DNA of 64,000 nt. It comes from Callorhinchus milii (lineage: Eukaryota). The position numbers and the translations under genes were made by a program. Positions 12,645 to 25,205 of this stretch are shown here, piece after piece (positions within the stretch are counted from its first letter, which is position 1; the number at the start of each line of letters is the position of its first letter). Below the pieces are notes generated by a model. It ran no database searches. It saw nothing but the letters and a program-made list of their open reading frames with translations, and was not told the origin of the DNA. The stretch is taken from positions 7,068,001 through 7,132,000 of the forward strand of contig NW_024704747.1 of NCBI RefSeq assembly GCF_018977255.1, written 5' to 3'.

Positions 12645-13652
12645 TTTAAAACAATACATAAGAGATTTGCGACAGCTTAATACTTCCAGATGTAACTAAA
12701 AGCATAAGCTGAAAAAAGCCCATGCATGATGTTAAAATTATCACTGGTGGTATTACATTATCCACAATTTCGCCCCTGTTGATATCTCTATCAATGTCTG
12801 CCTATGGGTTAATTCTCATGCGTGTCATAATGATTGTGATGTGGGGCATTCAAGCAGCCTTTAATTACAGATGGAAGCTCCAGGGAAACTTTGTTATCAC
12901 GTGGTTGGCAAGGTCCAATGTCCCAGGGAATAGTCAGTGTCAGAAACCAGATGTACTGCATTTCTAGTTAACGTGAGACCATCGTAGACACTATAATACT
13001 GTAGATTATAAGCATAGCAGAGATGCATTGAAAGAGTACTAGAATGGGGTTTCCTTGGACTATGGTTGGTGCAGAAAGCTTTGAACTAGTTTAGGGCCAA
13101 TGTTCCAGTCTTTCTGAATGTTTCTATCCTTGTCGTTTTGGGTTGAATGTAATATTCACTGGTACAATTTTTTTTTGTAGGGGATAGTTATCACATCCTA
13201 TAGTGCATTTTTCACCTAAAAAGTATTTTAGTGCCTTCATATATTGCTAGGAATGAGAATAGTGAGGAAGAATTTAAATATCCATTTCTTAAGCAAAATA
13301 GATGTGGGTCACATGAAATCAGAACTAATTAAGCTTCAAATTTCAACAAATTCATTCATCACTAATGGGATGGAACAGGTAATTTGATAAATACATGGAA
13401 GAGGATTCTGAAACTAACTTTTTAAACTAGTTGTCATTAAATTATCTTCTATGTGTATTTTAGAGCACCTTATGCCGTGAGATGATCTTGTACCAATGGT
13501 AGCAGATGTTATTTCTTGCATGAGCCTCCCAAAGTGCAGAATGTTTGTCTTCTTGGTCAAAAATAAATGCAAACCATATGGTCTTGTTAATCCTTTGAAA
13601 CATGATGGACAGGGTGATTTATGATGACACACTTTGAGAATACTTAAAATAT

Positions 13653-14010
13653 CAGCTCGGCTCAGTTGGAATCATTCTCACCTTTGAGTCAGAAGGTTAT
13701 GGATTATGAATTCAAGCCCCACATCAGGGTTTTGAACTTATATTGAGGCCTAACACTCCAGAGTGTTGTCAGGGAGTGTTGCGTTATTGAAGGTGCCTTC
13801 TTTCAGATGAGATGTTAAATTGAAGGCCCTTTTTGCCTGTTCCGACGGACAATAAAGATCCAATGGCACTGTTCGAAAAGCGAATGCGATTTCCTCTGGC
13901 TTCTTGGTCAACAATCCCCCAAATAAAATTGGTCAAGTAGGTGTTGTGTTCGCCTATAAACTACACTTAACCTGTATATCTTGTGAAGTTCTTTGAGACA
14001 TCCTCTCGAC
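13653..14010 (+). mobile_element. Old Deu-domain SINE retaining its own tRNA-like head
   Basis: ggctcagttggaatcattctcacctttgagtcagaagg...ggtgccttctttcagatgagatgttaaa...aaagatccaatggcactg. Confidence 0.75.
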
Positions 14011-15422
14011 TTCAAAAGTGATTCAAAGATGTTTTTGTGTTCTCCCTGTATGGTTATTGAGGAATCTCACTGGAAATTGCCGCCTATTATGAGTTCATGA
14101 TGTATTTATGTCATTTTATGGGTGGTGAACAAGCAGGCTAAAAACAAATGTAATAATTATTCTGTCCCGTGAGTTTCCGTTAAATTGAACAGCTTTGGAA
14201 GCCTGATGTTTAACTGATATTTTTGATGTTTTATCCTGAGTTCACTTGAAGAGACAATGTTAATTAACTATGATTCTGGGATTACTACATGCCTCACACA
14301 CATTGAGTTTGCCATTAGTCATACATCAGTTGTTAAAAGTTGGAATCTTAAGCATGTACCGGAAACAAAAAAGTGGTGTCAACAGGGAAACTATTGTTCT
14401 GAAAGACACATTGCAGTGATTAATTTCTGAACCAAAGACATAATTAATTCAAATGTTCCACTTTACTTACATATGATCGCTTCAACTACCTAATTATTGC
14501 TTCTAAAAGCACTTTCATTTCTGTTAATAGTACTGCTCTTGGATTTATGACCATCGTGCGGAAACATTATGTTTTGAATAGCCTGTTTTTGAAAAACATG
14601 TCACATATTGTCAGGGACCTTGTAAAGAAAATGTAAAGACAGAGTTGAAGCCCAAATTCTTTACAACATTTTAACATATTTGACATTGAATATCAGTTTT
14701 TGAACAAATACTTCATTGAAATGTTTAAGAAATTGTAGGTGGATTCCTATTGCATTTGTTCTATCTAGTATCATTTTCTGCCCATCTCTCTTCACCCCCC
14801 TCACCCACATTCCTCTTGCTCTGTCAAGGACATGGTAATTTGAGTCCCATAAACATCATCATTGTTGCTCCTTGAGTGACCAAGGGGATGTAAGTGCATC
14901 CAAGGTGAACGTGTGACTGTCAATCTTACCATCTCTCACCCAAGGCAAACTATTATATTCCCATGCACCATCTAGTGGCCCAATAAAAAACAAATAAAAC
15001 TCAACCAATCGAAACCAAAAAGATCACCTCAGGGTCTTGGATCTGCAACCTTCCATGTAGAATGCAAGTGGTGCAATTTTTGTGGTTCCAGACTGCTACT
15101 GCTAATGTATTTCCTTGTTGAAAAGTATGGTTGGACTAAATCCATTAGACACCTGCCTGGAGTCATTTAAGTCTCCAGCCATAACGGGAAGAAGGCAGAG
15201 TAGATGTTCTATAGACCAAATTGGCTGACTTGCCTGTTTCATGTGATCTAAAAAGAGATATGACAGTTACAATTAATGCATCACGATAGCAAATTAGGTT
15301 TCTTTAAGGACAATGGGACCTGTGTCAAAGATTTTCTGCTCTTTTCACAAGCTCTACAGGTATTCAGAACGTTTGTTGAATTGTCAGTATATCCTCTTGT
15401 TAAACAGCCATTGCTAAACCAT

Positions 15423-15622
15423 CTCCAAAAAACAAAACAATAATAAATTGGTCATTTTCAATCCACGACTGTCTGTGGGACATTGCTGTGTGCAATTGGC
15501 TGCCACGTTCACCCACAAATACACAGTCAATTCACTTTACAGTATATTCTGTGTAGCGCTTTGGGACGTCTAGAAGACGTGAAAAGCGCTATGTCAAATG
15601 CAAGGATTATTATTATTATTAT
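15423..15622 (+). mobile_element. tRNA-derived SINE, 5'-truncated
   Basis: Body and tail nearly identical to full-length copies. Confidence 0.9.
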
Positions 15623-16676
15623 CTCATTCTATTCGATAAAATAGTCAAACCAAATTAAATTAAATTAACTGTTTCCTTTTTAGCGACTGGTACTATCTGT
15701 AGTTTATAATCTGACAAAGAATAGGATTCACCTCCCTAAAATCCACTAACTCTGGGAGGGTGGGTTGGAGGGGTGAGCAATGCGTAATATGATTTGAAAT
15801 TTTGATCACTCTTAAGTTGGTATTGGGAAAATCTTGATTTAGATAACAAAGATTTCAGGAGCACAGATTTTACCAGATAGCAGTCTAAAAAAAAAGTTTT
15901 TAAAAAGTTAAAAACCAATTATATCTGCTGGGAGTAAAAAAAACTTTATACTGTGTTACAATCACGCAAATTCAATTCTGAAAAGACTGAAGGAAAAAGT
16001 ATTCCCATTCCTCACAAGTTAAGGGGATTCAATTGCAAACTTGTTGTTAAGGGCAGAACCCCAAACTACCGCATTTCTCTCCTTGGCATAATTATCACAT
16101 CATGCAATCTGATTTCCCTTTACCATTGCCACACACAGGCAGCTCCACAACACAAAAAACAAACCAAACCAGTTCAACGCCTTGCACCAGTTACCCAGTT
16201 ATTACAAGTGTATTGTAAATGCTCACCTTGACCTCTAAGGCTTATCTAACTCTAATCTAGGTTCAGTCTGTGCTGCTCAACAGCATTAATCATATTTTCA
16301 AAACTTTGTCCTGCAATATTTGGGACAACAGGATATTTTCTGCATTTTTTTCCTCTGTAATTTTTGATAATAGTTTCTGAGCATAAACCGAAAACCTTTA
16401 TTTTCTACACGACAAACATTCATGACTTGTTTTGGTGTTAGGATTGCAATTTTGGATTGCATTTTGTTTCGGAATAAATATCAACTCTCGACTTAAACAA
16501 GTTGGAAGAGCACGAAATGTGCTGCTCCAGATCCCCTTTGCTCTCCTCCCACCCCTGCCCATCAGCTCTGTCCAGAGAGAAATGGAGGTGCCCTGAAGGA
16601 GTAAAATGAGAGACAACGGAGTTTGACTGATCAATACAAGTCAACAGAACAGATGGAAAATAAAAATTCTAATAAA

Positions 16677-16820
16677 TCAGTTCTGACGAAGGGTTGAGGA
16701 CCCGAAAAGTTGACTCACTTTCCTTTCTCCATAGATGCAGGCTGACCTGTTGAGCGTTCCCAGCGACGTCTGTTTTTGTTTCAGATTTCCAGCATCTGCA
16801 ATATTTTGCATTTTGTTCCA
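16677..16820 (+). mobile_element. Penelope-like element terminal-repeat remnant with a minimal hammerhead ribozyme motif
   Basis: agttCTGACGAagggttgaggacccGAAAagttgact followed by ctccatagatgc.ggctgacctgttgagc...tttcagatttccagcatctgca, as I recall from chondrichthyan PLE termini. Confidence 0.7.
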
Positions 16821-17009
16821 ATTAATACCTTTTCACCCAATCTGGGAAGTGACTGCTGTAGAGCACACACAGCTTTTCTACGAACCTCCTCTGTATTGAA
16901 GAAATACGGCAGAAAATGTAATGTCTTAAACAGAATCAAGAAGTTGGAGGGCAAGATTGCGAAAGGAATTGGATTGCTTGTAGTAAAGATCGCTGTGGCA
17001 AAAGAAGAT

Positions 17010-17176
17010 AATTTGGTCAGTCAATCCATGACTGTTTTGTAGGACACTGCTGTGTGCTACCACGTTCTGCCCACAAAATACACAGTCAATTCACTTTACA
17101 ATATATTCTGTGAAGTGCTTTGAGACATCTTGATGATGTGATAAGGCGCTATATCAAATTCAAAAATATTGTTATT
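17010..17176 (+). mobile_element. SINE 3' fragment
   Basis: cacagtcaattcactttac...gtgataaggcgctatatcaaat shared with other copies. Confidence 0.85.
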
Positions 17177-17407
17177 AAATGGTGCTAGCTTTTTTTTTGT
17201 CATGCTTCAGATTGTTTTAGTCTGTAATAATTTAACATTTTACTATTGTTTGTAATTGATGTCTGGTGGGATAGAGCAACTATTTATGTTTTGCATCGGT
17301 CAGTCACAGATATGCAGAGGTTGCCAGAATTATAATTTCTACATTCTGAAAATGTACTTGAGAAGTAATGAACGCTTTCACCATTCTGTTTTTCTTCTGC
17401 TCTTTAG

Positions 17408-17595
17408 GAAAATCATGCCGTGATTCATTTTACCTATGCAAAAATGGAAATTGCATAAATGAAACGCTCTTGTGTGATAAGAATGTTGACTGTGAGGATG
17501 GATCAGATGAGAGGAATTGTTTTGTCAATGAATGTGCAAATAAGAGAATTAGTGGGTGTTCACAAGACTGTCAAGACCTGAAAATTGGGTACAAG
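17408..17595 (+). CDS. LRP1B: Exon E, LDLa repeat plus start of EGF, 188 nt, phase 1-0
   Basis: tctttag|GA...AAG|gttagt; [63 protein letters not shown]. Confidence 0.95.
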
Positions 17596-17986
17596 GTTAG
17601 TATTAATGCAAGCTTTGAGTAGGAATTATGATCAGTAATATATTCAATGCTTGTCAGGGAGGGAAAAAATAAATCTGTGGTTGATTGAAATGGGCTGTCT
17701 TTAAAACCATAAATCTGGCATTTATTTTAACCAGTCCTTCACGGTTCAAAACAATTAAAATTTAAATTTAAAGTAAGAATCTTAGGGTGCATTTCTCAGG
17801 AGTACTTACAGACGTTGGTGACTGAAATTGTGTGAGTCTCCAAGTTATTATAAAATGAAACTCATGCACCAGTAAACTTAGGTGTCATTTGCTAATTTTC
17901 CTGTATTAATCTTTTAATTACTCAACGTTTTGTTCAAGCTTTTTAACTGTCCAATTGAGGCCCAAAGTTTGTCCTATTCAAGCTTT

Positions 17987-18309
17987 GTGGAGTCCTGCAG
18001 CTCAGTGGTTAGAGCATTCGCCTCACAAGCGAGAGACCTGGGTTTGATTCCCGGCAGGATGAAACCTTGAGCAAGTTTCCTTACTCCACACGCCTAATAA
18101 TAATCCCTCAAGAAACAAAACAATAATAAATTGGTCACTTCAATCCACGACTGTTTGTGGGACACTGCTGTGTGCAATTGGCTGCTATGTTTCGCCCACA
18201 AATCACTTCAATTCACAGTCAATTCACTTTACAGTATATTCTGTGAAGCACTTTGAAACGTCTAGAAGATGTGAAAAGCACTATACCAATGCAAGGATTA
18301 ATTTTATTA
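17987..18309 (+). mobile_element. tRNA-derived SINE, short variant, full length
   Basis: Complete head, body and tail. Confidence 0.93.
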
Positions 18310-18851
18310 TATGTAGCCTTTAAGACCAATGTGCAGAATTTTGGAATATTGTTGCATTCAATCTTAATGTGTAAGTCCATCCTTTTAAGAGCTACAAGAA
18401 GTTGTCTTCCAAATTAAGACTGAATTTAAGAATTTTCCAAAATTCTGTGTGAATTCTGAAATTGTAAGACAATGTTGCTTGGGCTAGGACCAGGAGGAAT
18501 TGCAGACCTTTGGTTTCTGTAATTTGCCATTATTGTGCATTTTTGTGGAAATGAATGTTCCCACAACAATTATTGGGTGATACATTTTCTCACTTGTGTG
18601 AGGACTGGACATGAGTGAAAAGTTAACGTCCGTCAGTCATTTCTTCTGTAGTTCAGTGCATTTTGTGGCAGGATTTCCTGTGAAGCAAAATACTGATTTT
18701 GTTTGTGATTTTGTTTAATGAATAAAAACTACATACTGTCAACGAAAGCTTTCCATCCGAATTATTCTATAAATAATATTTTTTTTTGCAAAGTGAAGGT
18801 CTTTTTAAATGAACTGCTGATTTTAGTAAAACATTTTTATTTGGCTTTCAG

Positions 18852-19035
18852 TGCAAGTGTTGGCCTGGATTCAGACTGAAAGATGATGGCAAAACTTGTG
18901 TTGACATTGATGAATGTATAACCACCTTCCCCTGTAGCCAGCAATGCATCAATACCTATGGGACCTACAAGTGTTTGTGTGCAGAGGGTTATGAAATACG
19001 AGTGGATAATCCCAATAGCTGCAAAGCTTTATCAG
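18852..19035 (+). CDS. LRP1B: Exon F, end of EGF plus calcium-binding EGF, 184 nt, phase 0-1 (not in the ORF track)
   Basis: ctttcag|TGC...TCAG|gtgtga; [61 protein letters not shown]. Confidence 0.95.
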
Positions 19036-20413
19036 GTGTGATTTTTGTTTACTTCTATCCTGTATTAAGCCTCTGTGTAACCTCACAGGAAGTACGAGAA
19101 TAAATTGTGAGTACTTTAAATATTAATGAGAAAAATTACGGGATGCTTAAAGCGTTCCTAAACTATTTTTCTGAATGACTTTGGGAATGCTAGCAGGTAG
19201 CGACCTTCATTAGTTAAGTGATTTGCTCTGCTTAAGGATCAAGCACTACCAACTTTTTCTGACCTTGAATTGAGGACCTTGTTTATTTTTATGCTAATAT
19301 TGAACTTTTTTTTATCAGCTTAGTATTATTTTTGCCATGGTTTATTTTCCTTGGGAAGGCTGGAATATATGTTCTTGAAGAATATATTTTAGGAAGGGAG
19401 CTTATGGCAGAAATGTGAACCATCGATGTTATAAAAGGGAATTGCATTTTTTGCCTCTGTTGTTCCTTGTTGCGTGGAATTCTCATTTGGTTTGGATGCT
19501 CTTAAGCGTGGAGATGGATTTACACATGTGTCAGACACCCAGCTGACTAAAAAATAAAATTGCTGTGTGTATGCTCGACAACTTCTATTTCGGTGGAGCT
19601 TGTTAGCCAAGCAGCAAAGAATGTGGGCAACAACATGATGGCTGGGTCAGAATTGAAATAGAGGCTTTAATTTGAGTTTTCTTTCCATCTGATATTTCTC
19701 CACCTGCAAAACTGCTTGATGGGTTGATGGAATCACTGGACATGTGAGGTAAAAACTGTAGAAGCCACAGTTAACGCCATATCAGTCTTGACAAACTGTA
19801 CTGTAAAATACTGCACTTGGGCTTCATTGCGTTGTATCTGCAAACCTCTGTGATTTCAACCCCAGTATCCTTAGTCCATGTAGGATTATGTTTTTTTTAA
19901 TGTATTTTCCCATGTTCCAGTTTTTCTCTCCTTTTGTCGAGCACATGATTGCCCCCTGGCATAGTTCAGTGTGTAATGGCAGTCCTCTGGTACCACGCTC
20001 TGATAGCTAATCTTCAGGTGTGAATCATCAGAATATCTTAAGGTCTTGGGGAAGGGGTGGGGTGGGAGAGAGAGAGAGATGGGAATCAATTATGAAGGAC
20101 ACTAAATGGAGATGATAAGTGAGATCCTTATGCTTTATTTGTTCCCTCCTCGCTTATTCTTTTGAGGCCAATGGAAATGGCTTGCTGCTATACTTCCTGT
20201 GATCAGCTAATTCAATACAGACTAAATATTAACGCAGAGACTTCATAAAACAGTATATTTACCTGCTGACCTGAATTGAACATATTTTGTTCATTTATAT
20301 TTTATTTATTTATATATATATAAAAAGGGCATTAGCATAATTGTATATTTATACAGGCTTCATAAATGTTTGTGATTGCTGCACTTAGTTAACTACTCTT
20401 ACTGCATATTCAG

Positions 20414-20499
20414 CTGAGGAGCCATTCTTGATATTTGCCGATCGACATGAAATAAGAAAAATGAGTATAGATGGATTCAACTACACGTTACTGAAACAG
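20414..20499 (+). CDS. LRP1B: Exon G, start of YWTD propeller, 86 nt, phase 1-0
   Basis: attcag|CT...CAG|gtagat; [29 protein letters not shown]. Confidence 0.93.
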
Positions 20500-20586
20500 G
20501 TAGATTATTTTTTAACACCATCTTTTGTGAAGCCTTATGTTTAAAGACGAATGATTCAGCAACATTTAAGTTTGTTTGCATTGCAG

Positions 20587-20706
20587 GGGTTGAATAATGT
20601 TCACGCAATAGATTTTGACTACAGTGAACAGTTTATTTACTGGACTGATTTCACCTCACAAAGCAGCACCATATCAAGAATCCGCCTGAATGGAAGCAAT
20701 CCAGAG
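20587..20706 (+). CDS. LRP1B: Exon H, YWTD repeat, 120 nt, phase 0-0 (follows an 87-nt intron)
   Basis: ttgcag|GGG...GAG|gtagga; [40 protein letters not shown]. Confidence 0.95.
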
Positions 20707-20875
20707 GTAGGAATATTTCATCAGCAATTTCTTGTCTAAGACGTTTTGTCTGTGAAATGCATTGCTGACCTTAACATGTTTGTATTGGGGCTGGGAAAAG
20801 GTGTTGAATGTTGTTATGAATCTCAAAGAACAAATATTAATAATGATTTCAATCCTGGTTTGTAGCAAATGATGA

Positions 20876-20945
20876 TAAATAAATACATACATACATGCAT
20901 GTATACATATATACATACACACACACACACACACATACAAACATA
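20876..20945. repeat. Compound microsatellite (TAAA)/(TACA)n/(CA)n
   Basis: taaataaatacatacatacatgcatgtatacatatatacatacacacacacacacacacatac. Confidence 0.9.
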
Positions 20946-22683
20946 AAGCAAGGTTTGTGATTGATGTAACCCAGATCTATTTAATTTCTATTTGATTGCA
21001 AAAGGAAACAATGGCAGTCACCTAATATTTGTTTTGTGTTGCCGTTTACAAGACGGTTAAGTCACGTCATAAAATGTGACCGGATTATTAGCCTCTTTCT
21101 GTAGGACAATAAGCAATGCTGCTGATAGAGCGGGTTTCACTGTAATAGGGTCCTGAACAAAATGTTGCAATTTCAAGTGAATAGAAGTGCAAATCTAACA
21201 TTTTCTCCTGAATAGTGTATTAATACCTACATGTTGCCAGGAGGACAAAACCATTGTATTGTTCTCCCAAAGTATTTCATTTGTCAGGATCCAAAACAAA
21301 ATGCATTTTACTCTTTTTCATTTTACTCTTTTTATAAATAAACTTCACTGAGGCAGAACCAACAAGGCTAGGATCAAACGTGAGTGGGTTCAGCCATTTC
21401 ATATTATTTCTTTGTCTTATTGCAAATGAACTCCTGAATTATTAAAGAGATTTTGCCTTGCTGACTGAGTGTTCCATCAAGTCTGTAATCTTACATGTCA
21501 TGTGTACCTTCCCTTGTGTAATGATCCAATAATCTTAATAGTTAAAAGTGTTAGGTAGATGATGGAGCTTGTAAACATATTTGTTTTGAGCATTGTTGGT
21601 CTAAGCTAACCTTTATGTGGGTAAAGTTTTGATACATTTTTTTGAAAATGTAAGGTTAACATGAACTTCCAAAAAAAATAATTTGACTATAAAAGGTTAA
21701 GGTGGTTTTTGAAATTATATTGGGATAAGAACACCTGCATTGCAAGCCAGAGCTTCAATTTTAAGTCCAGTTCTATTAAATCTGTGGTTAATCAAATCAA
21801 CACAATCATCTATATTGCTGGAAATGAAGAGAAGGAAGTTTGCTTTATAATTTCCACTTTGTAACAAAGATGTTACAAATAAAATATTCCTATATACCTG
21901 ATTTTTACCATCCTATGCACATGTTGTTTTGTGTAAGCATAGAACTCTGGAACTGTGTGATGGTTTTTTAATGTTATTCTGTGATAACAATAAATGGTGC
22001 CCTAAAAGATCCACTGGACCACGTAAGAACTTTCAAATGATCCTGTGGACCAGAGCATAACTTAATTTGTGCCTGTCATGTTTATCTTTCAATAGGGCAA
22101 AACAAGCTGCTTCCAAAGGCATTGCCACCAGGCAATGTCAGGAACTAATGCAATTTATGCTGTCTTACCCCTTTTACTTTGCTCAGCCGGGTGTCTTGAC
22201 ACATGTGGAAACCCATCACCATGCTTCAGAGTATCCAAACCAGACTTAAAGTTCCACATATGTTTGCCACCCACAAATGCCAAATTTCCTGTCTGAAGTA
22301 GAATGCGTACTCGCTCAAACTACTAAGATTGCCACTGAAGATTAACTCGGCATTCCATTGCAAAACACATCACCTTCAAGCCAGCTTACCCCACCCACCC
22401 ACCCCAAAAAAAACTAGACCTCAACTCTGATTGCTGTAATAATATCTAATAATCCTTACAATTAATATAGTGCCTTTCATATCCAAGAGATGTCTCAAAG
22501 TATTTTACGGAATTTACTGTAAAAATAATAATAAATATAATCCTTGCATTTTGTGGGCGATATACGGCAGCCGATTATGCACAGTAGGTCTAGATGAAAA
22601 AGTGTAGAGATTGTGTAGAATGCATGTATTGTAGATGAACATGACAACCAAATTGCACACAGTCATGTCCCACAAAACAAACA

Positions 22684-23040
22684 TAATAATAATAATCCTT
22701 GCATTTATATAGCGCTTTTCACATCTTTTAGACGTCTCGAAGAGCTTCACAGAATATACTGTAAAGTGAATTGACTGTATTTTTGTGGGCGAAACGCGGA
22801 ATCTAATTGCACACAGCAGTGTCCCGCAAACAGTTGTGGATTGAGTGACCAAATTATTATTGTTTTTTTTGAAGGATTATCAACACCGGAAAAGCGATCC
22901 ACCAATCGATTAACAACCGGGTTTCTACTTACTGCTAGGTAAACAGAGGTGTGTGGAGTAAGGAAACTTGCCCAACATTTCGCCCTGCTGGGAATAGAAC
23001 CCAGGTCTCTCACTTGCGAGGCGAGTGCTCTAATGACTCT
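22684..23040 (-). mobile_element. tRNA-derived SINE, long variant, near full length
   Basis: (AAT)n at left, extra ~70-bp segment (caccggaaaagcgatccaccaatcgattaacaaccgggtttctacttactgctaggtaaacagagg), tRNA head at right. Confidence 0.92.
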
Positions 23041-23044
23041 GTGG

Positions 23045-23252
23045 CCAGAGTCAATTTTACCTGGGAAATTGTTGGCCAGGACACTTCTCTTTTCAAATAG
23101 TGCCTCGGGATCGAGGCATTTGGACAGAAATCTTGATTTAATGTCTCATCTGAAGAACAGCACCTCTGACAAGGCAGCATACACCCAGCACTGCAATGAG
23201 GACACTGCATAGAGTACATGAGTTCAGAGTCTTGATATGGGGCTTGAATCCA
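23045..23252 (-). mobile_element. Old Deu-domain SINE, 5' part
   Basis: ttggccaggacac...caaatagtgcctcgggatc...tttaatgtctcatctgaagaacagcacctctgaca...tggggcttgaatcc. Confidence 0.72.
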
Positions 23253-24129
23253 CATGGGGCTGCCACAGTTGCTTATAAAGGAGACATTCACTACAGTTTA
23301 CAGTATATCCTGCGAAACAATTTGAGATATCCTCCTGATGTGAAAGGCATTGCATCAAATGTAAGGATTATTTATTAAGAGCGAAAAAGTAGGGAAATGG
23401 GATTTTTTAAGATAACTCCGGTGGGAAGATAACACCACACAGGCATGTCCTACTTATGCTGAATTTTTTTCTAGGTCTTCTTTATTAACGGTAAAAGTGA
23501 ATCAATGGCATTCACTCATGAATGCAGCTCTGCACTTGGGTCCACAAAGGCACCTGTGGAGAGTTTTGCATTCAAGGAGCTCAGAGTTGTCCAAGCTATG
23601 CGGTATATCTCTGTGCTGCCACTTTGCACCCATCTTCTAAAGCTTGTACTAGCATTAATTGCACTATCGCTGCAGCATACAAAACAGTTTTTCAAAGCAT
23701 TTTGAAATGACAGCAAAGTATTTTCATTTGCATAAAACACTGAAGATAATGATTTCAAGTAGATTTGCTTTAGAGATTTTTTTAGAAGAGGGATTTACAC
23801 TCAATTGTGTTCAATGTTTACATTAATCAATATTTGAGAATGTTCATAGGATTTCAGCCGATACTCCTCTCAGACGTATCCAAAGCACGATCCTTATTCA
23901 TTATGCATGGTACAAATGTAGTTCTTTCACTCTGGCCACAGAGTCTTCGATGATGTTAGTGATGTGGTGCTCAGTTTAATTGTATTTGTATCACCTCAGG
24001 TGATAGTCTTGAAGGTCAGTCTTCGGAGTTGGAAGCAATCTTGTGGAAACTGAACTGCTGGGGAAAATCTCCTTTATTGTTACAAGGGTAACAATGAAAA
24101 GAAAATCAGGACTCAAGTCACTGACCTAA

Positions 24130-24770
24130 ATAATAATAATAATCACAATCGTTGGATTTGATATAGCATCTTAGTCCGTTGTTGAGAAGTCTCAAAGCGC
24201 TTCACAGAATATATTGTAAAGTGGATTGACTGTATTTTGTGGGTGAAACACAGCAACCAATTACGCACAGCAATGTTCCACAAACAGACGTGAGTTGAAT
24301 GACCATTTTTTTTTTGAGCAGTTATAACACCCGGAAAGTGATCTGCCAATCGATTAACAACCGGGTTCATACTTACTGCTCGATAAACAGGTGTGTGGAG
24401 TAAGAAAATGGGTAAGGTGTGGGCAAGCTTGCCCGACAGCAATATCAATGGCAAACTATGTGGTATTAGAAGGTTAGACTCCAGCATTTACCCCAACGCG
24501 CACTCTGGGGTCCCTAAACCATAGCTTTGCCAACCTGCGCCTAACACTTTCCGGAATTAGGAAAGCAGCTGTGGCCCTCCAGGGAGAGAGTGCACATTCC
24601 ATTCCAACAATCTATCTCTGAGATTTCCATGTGTATCTGGGATGCATGTAAATCTGAGCTTGGTTTGAATACTCTTAAGTATGGTGATCGGGGTACACCT
24701 GGCTGACACCCCAAAAAGTGGCTTTCGGCCTGCCCGGGGATTGAACTCAGGTTCTCTCGCTTGAGTAGCC
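24130..24770 (-). mobile_element. tRNA-derived SINE, long variant, interrupted by ~310 bp of unrelated sequence
   Basis: Tail and body at 24130-24408; diverged tRNA head at 24720-24770. Confidence 0.75.
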
Positions 24771-24883
24771 CCTAAATAAGCCCAAAGACATAGCATTAAC
24801 AGAAACCTTCATGCATTCTCCTATCAGTTTAAATGCACCCAGCCTTACTACATTCCCATCATCAAAATTTTAATACCATCAGC

Positions 24884-25205
24884 AATAATAATAATAATAA
24901 TCCCTGCATATCATATAGTGCTTTTCACGTCGGGAGGACATCCCAAAGCGCTTCACGGAACACACTGTAAAGTGAATTGACTGTATATTTTTTGTGCGAA
25001 CGCGGCAGCCAATTATGCACAGCAATGTCCCACAAACAGTCGTAGATTGAAAATGACCAATTTATTATTGTTTTTGGTTTTGGAGGGATTATTATTAGGC
25101 GTGTGGAGTAAGGAAACTTGCCCAAGGTTTCGCCCTGCCTGGAAATGAACTCAGGTCTCTCACTTGCAAAGCGAGTGCTCTCACCACTGAGCTACAGGAC
25201 TCCAC
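24884..25205 (-). mobile_element. tRNA-derived SINE, short variant, full length, young
   Basis: Reverse complement is highly similar to the 39698-40010 copy; many CpGs intact. Confidence 0.93.

Noticed and set aside
21305-21333. Short tandem duplications (also 5680-5712, 8108-8130, 50277-50315)
   Set aside because: Two-copy slippage duplications with no regular repeat-spacer structure; not CRISPR-like or evidently functional.
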